Source: Octopus vulgaris (Eukaryota). Taken from it: 64,000 nt of DNA. The notes under the pieces are model-generated. The model was given only the letters and a program-made list of their open reading frames with translations, had not been told where the DNA came from and made no database searches. Shown here piece after piece: positions 35,978-50,407 of this stretch. The position numbers and the translations under genes were made by a program. Location: contig OX597814.1 of the NCBI GenBank assembly GCA_951406725.2, positions 166,160,001 through 166,224,000 of the forward strand, in the 5' to 3' direction. Each line of letters starts with the position of its first letter. Position 1 is the first letter of the stretch.

Positions 35978-38534
35978 TTGTGTTTATGTTTTCATAACTT
36001 TGCTGTCCAGCAACAAGAGAGAGTGATAAAATGTGTGCCAAAACTTAAGATAAATATACTGTGATCACAATTTGTTCAATGAAAATCTTCAAGGTGATGC
36101 CCCAGACTGGCCACAGTTCAGTGATTGAAAAATTGAAAAGAGTAAACAAAATGCTTGAGATGCATAAAGAAATGTTGTATTGCTGATTTGTCCAACTCAT
36201 GTGTTAATATAGAAAATGACTGATGCCTTTTTAATGGCTGGTATTCTTTGTGTTTATGTATGTTAGTTGTGTATATTTATGTAGGTTATGTTAGTTGAAG
36301 TTTATATTATTTAAGGCTCTATGAATTTACTTCTATGTGTAACTTGATATTTTTGTTGAAATTGGATATAAGGGATCACAGACTGAATCAACAGATGTTA
36401 GAATTGTATGACCCCATTTTTATATTTCATATCAGTTGTGTTAGCTTGCATGTTTAAAAGAAATGGAGATGGCTTTTAATAAGATGATCTATATCTTCAA
36501 ATTTTAAAATGTAGTGTCTTCTTCAAGCTGGTATAATCTTTAGTATCAAGAAAAATGCCTTGCGATATTTGTTCTGGGTCTTTACATTCTGAGTTCAAAT
36601 CCCACTGAAGTCAACTTCGCTTTTCATCCCTCCAGGGTCTGTAAAATAAAGTGCCAGTCTAGTACTGAATTCAATCAACAAACTTGCTCTTCTCAAAATT
36701 GCTGGCCTTGTGCCTAAATTCGAAACTACTACTACGACGACGACGATCATTTTCCAAACTGCATACTTTTCTTTTGTTACTACAGCAAAATATTGATTTG
36801 TTTTTTTTTGGCTGAAGGCCAATTTTTGTTGGAGAAGTGGTATAGCTGTTTGAATTGACCCACTGTACTTATTTTATCCAACAGCAACAGGATTTGAATC
36901 ATCGCAAAAAAAAAAAAAAAAGCCCCTTCCCCACTACCAAACCTATTATGATTCAGACTTTGAACAAAATAACCAACAAGGTTTTAAAATACTAAAATAA
37001 TCATTAGTTATTTGAAAGGATTCTCCCTTTTATTTCTCCCAGCTATATTGTTTCAAATTTTTCCGATGGTCTATTTAGGGAACGAGCATTCTATATTCTG
37101 TATAGATTGTTTTTGTTCTTCATGTTATTGTAGTTAAATAATAACTGATATTTTTGTTCCAGGGTAATTCTCTACATAGAAGTGAAAATGGTTTTTGAAG
37201 TCTGCTATAATTACTTGTTCTGTGATATGATAAAAAAAAATTAAAGCAGAAATAAAGAGCTAATTGTGGCTTTAAATTAGTAAATATAGGCAATTTCATC
37301 AATTTTTTCCAGTAATTTAGTCACATTGTATTTCCATGAACTAAATTATTTTCATGAGAGCAACATGGAGCTACAAAAGATGCTTTATTTTTAGAACTTA
37401 AGTGGAAATACTTTGCTCATTGCTTGCAAAAATTTCCTCTATGTGTGAAAATTTGGAGATTGGTTGATCAAATATTTGGTAAAAATAAACAATGATCTGA
37501 AAGAAGGGATAGTGAAATGCACATAATTGTATAGGGAGTCAACATTTGATAGAAGACATTGCATAAATTATTATTATCGCCATTTCACATCAGTTTTTCT
37601 ATGCCAGCATGAGTTGGACAGGTTTGAAGCAGCACAGTATATTGCCACTTGTTGCGGCATGCTGTTTTAATAATAGTTTTAATAATAGCTTCTTTGTTAT
37701 CTACTTTTCATGTGATTTTCATGCAGATATATCACCAAACTTGTTTGTTTGTGTACCATGTACAGGAAATATTATGGTTATGCTTTTTTTTTGTCTATTT
37801 TCAATTAGATATTTTGATAATAGTCTATCCTTATACCCAACCTTATAATTTACAATTACTCAGGGTATATTATAAACTTTTTCAAGTAATCCAGTAGATC
37901 CACATTATAATCTTATAACCTCACTGCATTACAGGCATCACCTTGCTTAAATTGAATCATACTCCACTCTCTTGCTCTATCTGTCACCATTTACATATGA
38001 AACTGAAAATGATTTATAAAAATGTAGTAGGTTAATTTTAATAAGTAAAAAAAAAAAAAATGCATGAACATAACATTTTTATGAAAATATAAGTAAAAAT
38101 ATTTTTTTAAGCTCAATGTGGAAGAGCCAGCTATTTTATAACCCACTAAGCTGTTGAATTCACATTCAATTCATTTATTTCTTGAGATGTCAAAATTTTC
38201 ACTTTACAACTATGACTTGGTCACTGACACAGTTCCACTGTAACTCACTTGGCTCTTCCATGAGATAATTGCTTCAGTTTCCACACAGTCTCAGTCAAGA
38301 TACTTGTTTGACAAGTACAACTCTGAAATTTTATATACTTTTCTATTTATTTATTTTTTTAAAAGTAAATTACAATGGTTAATTAATTACTCAGTGTTTT
38401 AATTAGAATTTTATAACTCACTACAAAAAAAATATTGATACTAACTTAACTCCTGTTTTTCATGCGGATTGCTTCTCTGAGTAATTCACCTTTGTGATAT
38501 ATATATATATATATATATATATTTACAAGTGTAC

Positions 38535-41500
38535 TAATTTTTCATGCCTATTCATTTACAATATTTACTAAATTTCATTGGCACATACAGTAAAGACTGA
38601 ATACCTTAGTGATGAGGTCTAATAAGACCAAAGCATGTTCAGAGTTGTCTTCTATATTTGTCAAAATGATTAGTATAATTAAATTAATTATTGTTTTTCC
38701 TCACCATATAAGTATTTCTAATTAGAGTTTTGATACTCCCCACATTAAATATCTCAACACTAACTTAATGACTTATTTTGCATTACTATATTCTTTAAGT
38801 TTTTTTTTTCTGGTTTTTAATCATTGGACTGTAGGGGCCTCAGTACTTATTCCAGTATGGTACTTATTTTATAAATCTCTCTTAATCAAATGGTTAAGCT
38901 ACTCTTTGACATAAAGGGATGCTATTCAATGCATCATTTTACTGTAGTATATGCTAATATAGACACACATATATAGTGTTATATAGCAATGCTGGTGCTC
39001 TCTGCACCCTTAGTCACTTTTAGAGATAGTGAATTATTTCCTTTTGGTTTTTATACACACACACACACACACACATATATTGCAGTAGTGCACCTATTTC
39101 TGTCTTCATTCTTGATCTCTCTCTCTCTGTCTCCGGCTGGGTAACCTTGTACTTCCTCTACAGCAAGACACCTATTTCTGTCTCTTTGTCTCAATATAAC
39201 CTTTCATCATCTGACACAAGTTTGCCTCCTCCACTGTCCCTCCCCCCTTGAAAGTTTTTTTTGTGTCTTGCAAGTACTTGGTGACCCTATCGGTGCAGGT
39301 GCCACTTAAAAGCACCCAGTCCACACTGTAAAGTGGTTGGTGTTTGGAAGGGCATCCAGCTGTACAAACCTTGCCAACACCCATGCTAGCATGGAAGGCG
39401 GATGTTAAACGATAATGATGATATATTGATACACACACACACAATGGTCTTGTACATAGATTCCACTGACCAAATTCCATTCATAAGGCATTGTTCAACT
39501 GAAGACCCTGTTGAAAACACTTGAGGTGCTGTGCAGCAGGATCAAATCCAGAACCAACTGATTACGAAGTGAATTTATTAATCATATGGCTGTGCTGGCA
39601 CCCGTAGCATTAAATTTGACGTAGAGTTAGAGGTTGGCTTAAAGAGTTATTTAATATCAAGCACAATGTCTTACTGCTTTTAGTTTATATAGAATATATA
39701 TCACTTTACTTGTTCCTTTGAAGTGAAATAAATATTGATGATAACCTGAGAGTAATTCTATAGACTATTACTTTGTTCCATACAAAAAGAGCTATCAGTT
39801 GAAAATATTGTTTATTCCCACTATAGATTACATAAAACCCGCAAATAGAATTAGCTATCTATTGCAAAAGAATGATATTAAATATCAATGTTACAGAATG
39901 AAAATAAAAATTGAAATGGATTATTTTCATATCTCTTACTTAACTAGGTATTTGGTGAATGTATGATAGAAAATCCTGTTTAAAAGAAAGGAGAGAAAAA
40001 TTCAACCACAATATTTGAGCTATTTTTTTATATCACTACCTACTTAAAATAACCCTATCATTAGTGTAGGCAGTACATTGATACATATGTGTGTCAGGCT
40101 AGATAATCGAGTGACTTGATTGTTTAACATTACACTTTAATTTTGTCATGCTTCACATAATCTTTTAATGATCTAGAGTCAGTAAAGTATATACCAACTG
40201 CAGCATTGAATCAATTACACACAAGCTCACTTATATCCATCATGCTGAGTTTAGGTGGTTGGCTAAATGGACACACATTGTTCCATTATTTATATTCATT
40301 ACCAATGAAACTTAATCAATTGACAATAAACACACCACTTGTATTAACAGCCTGGAGATGTTTGATCAGTGTTCAATGTTGTATGGCCACTTAATGTTGC
40401 ACTCAGTGTCTTTTGATATCAATTGGTTTCTTCTGTGCCATAAATTTCATTGGAACATAGCCTGCTGCAAGAGCTCAACATAAAGATTCATATCATGATA
40501 ATTAATCCAATAAGTGCCAATAAGGTGCCAATAAGTTTAGCTGCTACAAGGTGTGGACAAATCTGAAGTTTTAGACTAAGATCCTTCTACAGATAGTTTT
40601 CAAGTAGCTACTATCCTTGAAAATTCTTTCATCTAGAAAGGTCAGATTTTTTTCTCTACTCTGCACAGCAGTTAAACTTACCCTTACAAATTTTCTTGAA
40701 TATATTATTATCACTGCTGCTGATGCAAATCTCACCACATTCCAGATATTACCCTTATATCATTATGGCTGCTACAATTTTGTCTAAGTATAATTTTTAT
40801 GCTCTTTACTAATGGTAGTGTTCTTGGCCACATCTGTAATTTAACATCCTGTTATTAATTTGTAAAAACTTCCACTATATATAGATTTCTAGATTGTTCA
40901 TGTTGCTTTGGTCTGACAAATTTCATTTATGAAGTACAGTAATTATCAATGATATCCTGATAGTGAAATTTGTTATATTTTCTAAGATGCCGTCTCTAAT
41001 TACTTCTAGTGTATTTGTCATTGGGCCTATCCATGTTTAGCCTTCTCATTTTGCCACCACTAAATTTATCAATATTTCTCTCACCCAGCATAAGGCATAT
41101 ACTGTATATAAGAGACTGCATCAGATCTGCTTGTACCCCATACACCCTACTGTTATCTTTTCTGTACTTAGTCATCACTCTCTCATCCCTAAGAACCACT
41201 TGTTATTGACATCCATCATTCACCCTTAGCCACTGCTATTACTATCTATTTTTTATTAACTTCCTCTACCCCCTCTCACCCCAATCAATCCATTTCTTCC
41301 ATCACATTCTTGCTCCCGTCTTGGTTCTGTGAATCATCGTCTTCTATTTATTTCAGCCATATAATCTTCTGTAAATGAACACATAACTCTCTAATCTTAA
41401 CTATGTTTTAGGTAGTGTCTCTGAGTGTTCAATCACAGCAATATATTTTTGAGATATGCTAATTTTTCATGCTCATTCATTTTCATTATTGTACATTTAC

Positions 41501-41920
41501 TTGTAAATATACAATAGTGAAAATGAATGGGCAAATACAGTGAAGTCTGCATGCTTTGGTGATGAGCTTTGAGACCAATGCATGTCTGGAGTTTTCAATA
41601 TTTGCTAAAATAATTAATATAATATTCACCTTTAAATTAATGATGTCTTTTCCTCACTGTATAAGTATTTCTAATTATATTTTTGATACTAAGTACATTA
41701 AATGTATCACCACTCATCGAACAATTTATTTTTATATACAACTATATTCTTTTAGTCTTGTTTTCCTGGTTCCAGTCTTTGGACTGCAGCCATACTGTGG
41801 TATGAACTTCAAAGGATTTTAGTCGACCTTATGGACCTCCGTACTTATTTCAGTATGTTACTTATCTTATCAATCTCTATTAATTGAATGGTTTAAGTTA
41901 CTGTTTAACATAAAGGAACA
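38535..41920. mobile_element. Old element, probably Penelope-like, bounded by diverged direct repeats (~38535-38920 and ~41460-41920)
   Basis: The two blocks align by eye (ttcatgc..ttcattt, atacagt, gtgatgag, tttcctcac, taagtatttctaatta, tttgatact, gtacttatt.cagtatg). Each holds a decayed hammerhead-like core. Confidence 0.45.
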
Positions 41921-44900
41921 CAGTTTGAAGCACTGCTAGTGTTACTCCATTTGTGTCTTCCATGATAAAATTCACCCAGTACACTCTGTAGAGTTGTTAG
42001 TGACGAAAATGGCATCTAACTATAGAAACTAATCCAAAAATGAAGCCTATGAGTATCCTGATAAGAATTGAATCAGGTCATGACAACCTTTCCAACCCAT
42101 ACCGCCATAGAAAACAGACATAAAATGATGATGAGCTTGTTGCACCTCTAAGTTAAATGTTGATAGAGCTAATGACTGATAAAGCAGTGTTTCCATCTTT
42201 TAATTTCAAACACTGTGAATCTGTTAAATCTGTTTGTTAGTCTCTCTGTTTCAACAATTGAATTTAATAATTTTATGGACTGTTTTCATTAAAATTTCAT
42301 GCTCCATTGCAAAAGACAGATTATGTAATCTGTCTTTTGAAAAACTGAAGAAGTTCATGGCTATAGAGGCTCCCTAATGGGACATACAATATGGGTCATC
42401 ATGTATGCCCATATGTGTGTGTGTGTGTGTGTGTGTGTGTTAAGGCTATACCAGATGTTTGTCAAATGGTTTTACAAATAGTTTCATTTTTCAGTAGGGC
42501 TTATACAATAATACTCTCATTGGTGTTGTGTGGTGCATAATTAGATATGATATTAATTATTTACTATAATTTCATGTAGTTTGGCTATATCATTAGAACA
42601 GCTTTAAATTACATTCTCACAAATTGCTATTTATAATAGCTGTATTGCAACAGTAATAGTCTTTCACGTTAGAAAAATAGAGGTGTCTGTTTTATAACTC
42701 AGATGTGTAGCTATCTAGCTGTTTAGTTATAAATTGAATACAGTTGGTTTATTTTTCTTTAATTCTAATTTCACTGAGCAATCTTAAATTGTAATTTCTA
42801 AGAATGTTTCAAATTAACTACATTTTGTGTGAATGGATGAGTGACATATTGCAAATAGGATACTGTTTACATTTTGATTATCTTTTTTTTTTAATTTTTG
42901 AAACTAGCTGAAATCGTTTTGCTCTTGGTGTTCATTGTTTTGGTTTTTAATTTCATGTTGCTGTATCTCTTCAAAATGCTCTGTTGACATTCTGCACAAT
43001 TTTCATACATGAGCTGAAAATTACAACTTAATTCAATATTACATGTTATCACCAAAACCACCGTGACTGCCTGCTGTTATTGCTTTATTATATGCTGTTT
43101 GTTTTATTTTTCATGACATGGGTGAAATAGGTCTGAAATATAATATATCTCAATTTTCCTTCTCATCCATTAGATCCAAATTTCTCAAGTGTTGTGACTT
43201 TTAAGTTCGAAATCCTGTAAAACAGCGGACATAATTATTGATTGAACCCTAGTATACCATAAATACTATAGCCTAATTTTAGTATAAGTTTTAATCTCTA
43301 ATTATGAAATGCTAAGTGAATTGGTAGGATCTGACTTCAGAATATAAAGTGACAAAATTTTACACTGTAAGGAATTTGGTTTGACAGTATCAACTTTATT
43401 AATTGTAAATGCTATTAAATAATCTGGAGTTAGGGTACATTTATCTTATAAATGTGGTTTCTTATACTGTGCTTCATGCTTATCAGTGTATAATGTATTT
43501 CTTGGTGAAAGATAATATTTAAGAGAAATTACAAACACATGCATAGTTAGGTGGTTGAGAAATCTACTTAACAACAATGGTTTCAATTTCAACACTTCTG
43601 CATGGCACCTTGAGCAACTGTCTTCTATACTATAGTCTTAAGTTGGCCAATGTTATATGAGTGGAATGCGAAGGAATATAACTAAATGCAGTTCAACTGA
43701 TTCTGCTGACTCAACTCTAATGATATTAATAATTTAATGCTGACAAGTAAAAGCATTATATAGGTATGGTTGTATGGTCAGATGCAGGTATAGCTGTGTG
43801 GGTAAGGAGCTTGCTTTCCAACCATGTGGTCTTGGGTTTAGTCCTACTTTGTGGCACCTTGGATAAATGTCCTTTTCTACAGTACTAACTCATCAAGGCC
43901 TTATGAGTGAATTTAGTTGATAGAAACTGAAAGAAATTCACTATGTATATATGTGTGTGTGTCTTAGTGTATGTGTATCTTTGTGTTTATGTTCCCAATG
44001 ACACTGATAGAATAAGTGCCAGACTTATATAATTCCTAGGGTTCATAGAATTGACAAGAGTCTTTGAAAGTAGTGCTACATTGCTGCAGTCCATTGACTA
44101 TAACGAGTAAAAGAACACTCATTTTTTTCATGATGTTATGTGGAACACCAACAATTTATGAATTGGTGTTCCACAAAGGATCTATACTAGTTTTGTCTCT
44201 GCTAGCCACACATGCGAGCACAATATCAGAAGCTTTTGTTTCTTTCCCTGGCTGGCTGTTGAATCCAGTGATGGATTTTGCTTCTGCTGACCATTGGGGA
44301 TTCTGTTAGGGCAGCTGGTCTAAAATATATAGTTTGATAAGCATAGGGTTTGTGTTTGATTTGGCTAAATAAAGAAAATAGCATTGGAATAGTTGTTTCA
44401 GATATTTAGTGGCTTCAGAATACATCTAAATTATGCTTTAGATAAAACATATTGTACATAGTAGGAGATGAATACAATGCATTAATTTCACTCTCCATCA
44501 ATTGCTCAAACTAACCAATGTTTTGTGAGTAGAATTTGGTAAGTGGACACTGTATGTATACCTGTCATGTATCACTGTGTGCACACGTGTGTGAGAATGC
44601 AAATGTTTACATTTATTGTATGAATCTGCTTGAGCAAAATAGGTGACATTGTGTTCATAAATCACTCCATACTGCTGTACTTTAGAAAACAGAGTACATA
44701 AAAAAGCCCATAAGCAACAGGGAGGGTATCCAAGCTGTAAAATAATGCCTCAATAATTAATCATGGAAAAATGAACCTTGAATGATCGAAAGGACTTGGA
44801 CACTTTTTTAATTATGTTACTTAATTTTAAAATCTCGCAATACTCTAAGGTAGGGTTTCATAATTTTTTTTATTTTTGTAGGGCCCCTTTTCAAGTAGTT

Positions 44901-45311
44901 ATGCCTAGCACCCTCTTAAGTGGTAAGTTAGGTATCACTAACTTTACATAGATGAAAATTTGTAAATTTTACTCTAGAAATGGATTGTATAAGCTTTTAA
45001 CAGTGAAATGAAAAAAAAAGTAATGAAGACCAAGTTGTAAATTTGTTTTATACATTGCAGATTAATGATTTCCCTATGCCTGCTGTGATGTAGTTAAATT
45101 TTCTATATCGGGTCCAATGTTAGTCAAAAGAAATTATAAGTTTCCTTTTTGACTTATTTACTTTGTTTCTTGGTCAGAAATTGTGACACTGCACTGAATC
45201 CTTTGTATAATATAATTGATACTATAGGCAAAATTTAGCTTGTTAATTATATTACCTTACTACCCTCTCCCATACTCCCTAAAGCCTAGCATCTCCTATG
45301 ACATGTCTACC

Positions 45312-45540
45312 TATTTCTTTACTACCTGCAAGGGCTAAACATAGAGAGGACAAACAAGGACAAACAAACAGATTAAGTCGATTATATCAATCCCAGTGCA
45401 TAACTGGTACTTATTTAATCGACTCCGAAAGGATGAAAGGCAAAGTCGACCTCGGCGGAATTTGAACTCAGAATGTAGCGGCAGGCGAAATACTGCTAAG
45501 CATTTCACCCGGCGTGCTAATGTTTCTGCCAGCTTGCTGT
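45312..45540 (-). mobile_element. Young Meta-type SINE
   Basis: Near-consensus reverse complement copy with CpGs retained. Confidence 0.88.
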
Positions 45541-46039
45541 CCCGTTGGGGCCAGAACCACCCATGTTGAGAACCCCTACTGTTGGGCACTGTGATACCTT
45601 GGTTGGAAATCACTGCTGTACAATGCATCCTCTTTGTTTTGTGTTATATTATTGGGTGGCAAAAAATTACTTAGAATACGACTCCCTTTAAGATTTTGTT
45701 GGTGTGTATTGTGGTGTGTTAATTGAAGTTTGTGTTGTATTAAGCTCATTGGATGATGACTGTAAAGTACTTAGTGTGAATTATTTTTATTTTACAACAC
45801 TCATCTCCCAAGCATGTATTAATGTGAAGTTGATCAGCTGTCAACATAAATATTCATAATCATATGCTAAAGGATAAAAAAGAAGCAAAATAAAAGAATA
45901 ATGTATTTTTAATGAAAAATGACCAAATGTGATTTAGCCCATAAATAACTAATAGAAATTCATGGAATTACTATTTTCTCCCCACTATCTGTGTAACTCA
46001 GCTTCTTTTGCCTTTATTATTATCATCATTAATATTATG

Positions 46040-47200
46040 AAACTGTTGAGCATTGAATTACTTAACAGCTTTAACTTTCTCTTTTCTATATTCTCAGTTT
46101 ACTGTTGCTGAGGTCACGTTTACTTTTAAAAGACAATAAAATAAGTACATGTACCAGTAATATACTGTGGTTGATTCAGTCAGCTGCGTTCCACTTCAAT
46201 AAAAGTTAGCTTTGTGTCTAACAAAGAAATTATCATTATTAAGACTGTGAGCTGGCAGAATCATTAGCAAATCAAACAACATACTTGGCATTTCCTCTGT
46301 CTATATGTTCTGAGTTCTAATTCTGCCAAGGTTCACTTTGCCTTTCATCTTTATTGGGTTGCTAGAAAAAGTACCAGTCAAGCACTGGGATTGATGTAAT
46401 CGACAAACCCCGCCAAAAGTAGAAAGGATTATTATTATCATTATTAATAAGGTGGTGAGCTGGCAGAATTGTTATTACATTGGACATAGGACAAAGTGTT
46501 TAGCAGCATTTTGTCTGTCTTGATGTTTTAAGTTCAAATTCCACTGAAGCTGTCTTCGCCTTTCATTCTCTTGGGATTGATAAAATAAGTACCTGTTGAA
46601 CATTGGGATTGATAAAATTGATTTTTACCCTCTCCCAAAACTGCCGGCCTTGTGCCAAAATTTGAAACCATTATTATCTGGAACAATTGTTATAGTGTCA
46701 GTATTACTTCTGGGCCTTTACATTCTAAAATCAAATCTTACTAAGGTCAACTTTGCTTTTCATCCTCTGATCAAATAAAATACCAGTCAAGTACTGGGGT
46801 TAGTTTAATCAAGTAATCTCCTCCTTCAAAATTGCTGGCCTTGTGCCTAAATTTGAAATTGGCAAGTTGGCAGAATTGTTAGCATGAAGGACAAAATATT
46901 AACTGGTATTTCATCTGGTTTTATGTTCTGAGTTCAAATTCCACTAAAGTTGACTTTTCTTTCCATTCTTTCAGGGTCAGTAAAATAAGTATCAGTTTAA
47001 CACAGGGGTTGAAGTAATTGACTAGCCCCCTCCCCTAAAATTTCAGGCTTTGTGCCTATAGTAGAAAGGATTATTATTAAGTAAAGCAGTGAGCTGGTAG
47101 AATTATTAGCAGACCGGGTAAAATGCTTACTGGAATTTTGTCTGTTTTTTACGTTCTGAGTTCAAATACCACCAGAGTCAACTTTGCCTTTTCATCCTTT
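46040..47200 (+). repeat. Head-to-tail array of about six decayed Meta-type SINE units
   Basis: gagctggcagaa..ttag heads (~46245, 46451, 46860, 47085) and gagttcaaat..tttgcctttcatc cores recur about every 200 bp, with (ATT)n linkers. Confidence 0.8.
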
Positions 47201-47569
47201 CAACTGATACTTATTTTATTATTAGTGATGATGTCATGTAAGAAACATCCAATACACTCTGTGAAGTTGTTGGTGTTTGGAAGGGTATCCAGCCATAGAC
47301 ACCAAGCCAAAACAGACTATGGAACTTGGTGTGGCCCTTAGTCTTGCTAATTCCTGGCAAATTGTCCAACCCATACCAGCATGGAAAATGGACATTAAAT
47401 GTTGATGGTGATGATTATTATGGGTGATGGATTGACAGTCATTAAAGTTTCAGACAAAATGTCTTGTTATGTTTGTTTTATTTTTGCTCAAATCATAGCA
47501 AGGTCAATGTAATTAAGTAAACTCTCCTCACTGGGTGACAAACTGGCAGAACCATTAGAGCACTCTCTC

Positions 47570-48097
47570 TTTTACTCTTTTACTTGTTTCAGTCATTTGA
47601 CTATGGTCATGCTGGAGTACCGCCTTTAGTCAAGCAAATCGACTCCAGGACTTATTCTTTGTAAGCCTTAATCTATCGGTCTCTTTTGCCGAACCGTTAA
47701 GTTTATGGGGACATAAACACACCAGCATCGGTTGTCAAGTGATGTTAAGGGGACAAACACAGACACACACACACATACACGGAGTGGTTGGCGTTAGGAA
47801 GGGCATCCAGCTGTAGAAACACTGCCAGATCTGACTGGCCTGATACAGCCTTCGGGCTCCCCAGACCCCAGTTGAACCGTCCAACCCATGCTAGCATGGA
47901 AAGCGGACGTTAAACGATGATGATGATGATATATGACGGGCTTCTTTCAGTTTCCATCTACCAAATCTACTCACAAGGCTTTGGTCAACCCGAGGCTATA
48001 GTAGAAGACACTTGCCCAAGGTGCCACGCAGTCAGACTGAACCCAGAACCATGTGGTTGGTAAGCAAGCTACTTATCACACAGCCACTTCTGCACCT
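47570..48097 (-). mobile_element. CORE-like SINE with a young opposite-strand RTE-tail insertion (47781-47930) in its internal (CA)n
   Basis: SINE halves flank ggagtggttggcgttagg...ggacgttaaacgatgatgat. Confidence 0.85.
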
Positions 48098-48567
48098 GGA
48101 AAGAATGTTTGTGGTGTTTTTTCTGGCTTTTTACATTCTGAGTTCAAATCCTGTTACAACCAACTTTGCTTGGCATCCTCTTTGCTTGTCATCCTTTCAA
48201 GGTCAATACGATAAAAAGAAATCAAGTACTATGATTGATGGTATCAACTTACTCTTTTCCTCAAAATTGTTGGTCTTGTACTTAAATCAGAAAACCATAT
48301 TATTTGTAATTCAGTGACAGCATTATTTTTCATACTGGTATTGTTTAGGTGGGTTTACAAAGACGCCTTCAATATGTTCTCATACATGTGCAGAAGTGGG
48401 TACAGATGCACAGGTTAATTGTCACTTTTCTGCAAAAGATCAGACTCCTTCTCCACTGCATTCCATTTTAAATAAAATTTTAATTTACATTTTTGGGTTG
48501 CTTCCCTTGTCATTTTGCACCAATGTTTTTAATCATTTTATCCTCTTTAGGTGTAATTTTATTTACT

Positions 48568-48890
48568 GGCACTTGTCAGTTATGATGATGAGGGTTCCAG
48601 TTGATCCAGTTGACGGAACAGCCTGCTCATGAAATTAATGTGCAAATAGCTGAGCACTCCACAGACACGCTTACCTTTAACGTAATTCTCAGGCAGATTC
48701 AGTGTGACACATACTGTTACAAGGCTGACCCTTTGAAATACAGGCACTACTCATTTTTACCAGCTGAATGGGCTGAAACAACATGAAATAAAGTGTCTTA
48801 CTCAAGGACACAACACACTGCCGAGGATCGATCTCATGACCTTACAATCATGAGCCAGATACCCTAACCACTAAGCCACATGCCTTCACC
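48568..48890 (-). mobile_element. tRNA-derived SINE, third family (Ceph-domain-like)
   Basis: Minus head GAAGGCATGTGGCTTAGTGGTTAGGG; body homologous to 61520-61993. Confidence 0.8.
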
Positions 48891-49888
48891 AATTTTATTT
48901 AAAATTGGCTTAAAAAGTGCAGATGTGACTGTGCAATAAGAAGGCTTCATGGTTTCAGGTTCAGTCCCATTGCTAGGCACCTTAGGCAAGTGTTTTCTAT
49001 GATACTATAGCTTCAGGCTGACCAAAGCCTTGTGAGTAGATTTGGTAGATGGAGACTGAAAGAAGCTTGTCATGTATGTGTGTGTGTTTTGTCCCAACCC
49101 CACCATATTTTGACAACCAGTATTTATTTGTTTATATCCCTGTAACTTAGCAGTTCAGCAAAAGAAAATGCTAAAATAAGTATCAGACTTGAAAATAAGT
49201 ACCGGCTCAATTTGGTTGATAAAACCCTTAAAAGTGACACCTTGGCATGGCTGTAGTCCAATGACTGAATCAAGCAAAAGATAAAAGATACTATATCAAG
49301 TTTGCTAGTGCCCACTTTCCTATTAAGTTTTCATGTGACAGATATTATTGGGCATCTTTTAAAGCTATTTTCTTAACTTTATGTATGTTATTTTTGTGCA
49401 CAATTATTTATAGAATCATAGTTAGAATAATAAAAAGAAGAGTATATACAAACAGATATTTCTATAGCTTATTTTATTAATAGTTATCATAGTTAAGGCT
49501 AAACTGGAGCATTGCCTTCAGTTTTTGAAATAATTTGGGTGGTTCTAAAATTGTCATCTTTTTTGAATGTTGGTTTCATCCTCAAAAGAACTGTTTGTAA
49601 TGTTTTTGTCTCCACATTGACTGTGAGTAATTATTCATAAGTGATGAAGTCATCCATCTGGTACTACTTCATAGAGGGAAAAAAAAATATTGCTAGATTG
49701 TTGTTTAACCTTAGGTCAGTCCTGACTGAGCAAACCTTTGATCTAAGATATTCTAGCCTTCACTATCTTGCCTTTTTTGTATGCCAGGGACTATACTGTT
49801 CGTTGTGTCCTTTGTATTTTGAAACAGAGTAGTGTGATTTGAGGGAGATTTAGCTACTATTTCTAATATGTAAAGCCATCATTTAGAG

Positions 49889-50407
49889 CTGTGGTTCTCA
49901 GCCAGGGTCCATACAAGATTTTTAGGGTCCATGCAAGAAAATAGTAAATTGGGGATCAACAATAGTATGTTAAGGACCCCTGAAAAATTTCTGCTTTAGA
50001 TGTATGTATTGGTATGTATTGCAAGAAACAGCTAGGTTTATTTCTCTTATATTTTACATAGTTCAGTCCATACAGGGCAATGTGTGAAAAGCAAAATAAG
50101 AATTTTGAAAGAAATTTCTATAAAACTAGTTTTTAACCCTTCAGCATTCAGATTACTCAGTCAAATATAATGCTTGTTAATTCATTTTGTTTTGAATTAT
50201 CACACATTATCTCATAGCTTTGATATTCTGATGATGTGATTGATTATTTTTAGAATGACATCATAGGTGTGAGAGGTCAGATCTTGCTGGTATGAACATA
50301 AAACAGGTAGAATATTTTGGTCAGATATGGGCAGCTTAAATGCTAAAAGATTAAACATCAAGTGGTGATTGGGGGTTCATAGATAAAATATGGTTGAGAA
50401 CCCCCTG
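49889..50407. mobile_element. Non-autonomous hAT (Charlie-like) element with a nested piggyBac MITE (50137-50350)
   Basis: TIRs ctgtggttctcagcc / ggttgagaaccccctg. Perfect 8-bp TSD ATTTAGAG at 49881-49888 and 50408-50415. Confidence 0.9.
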
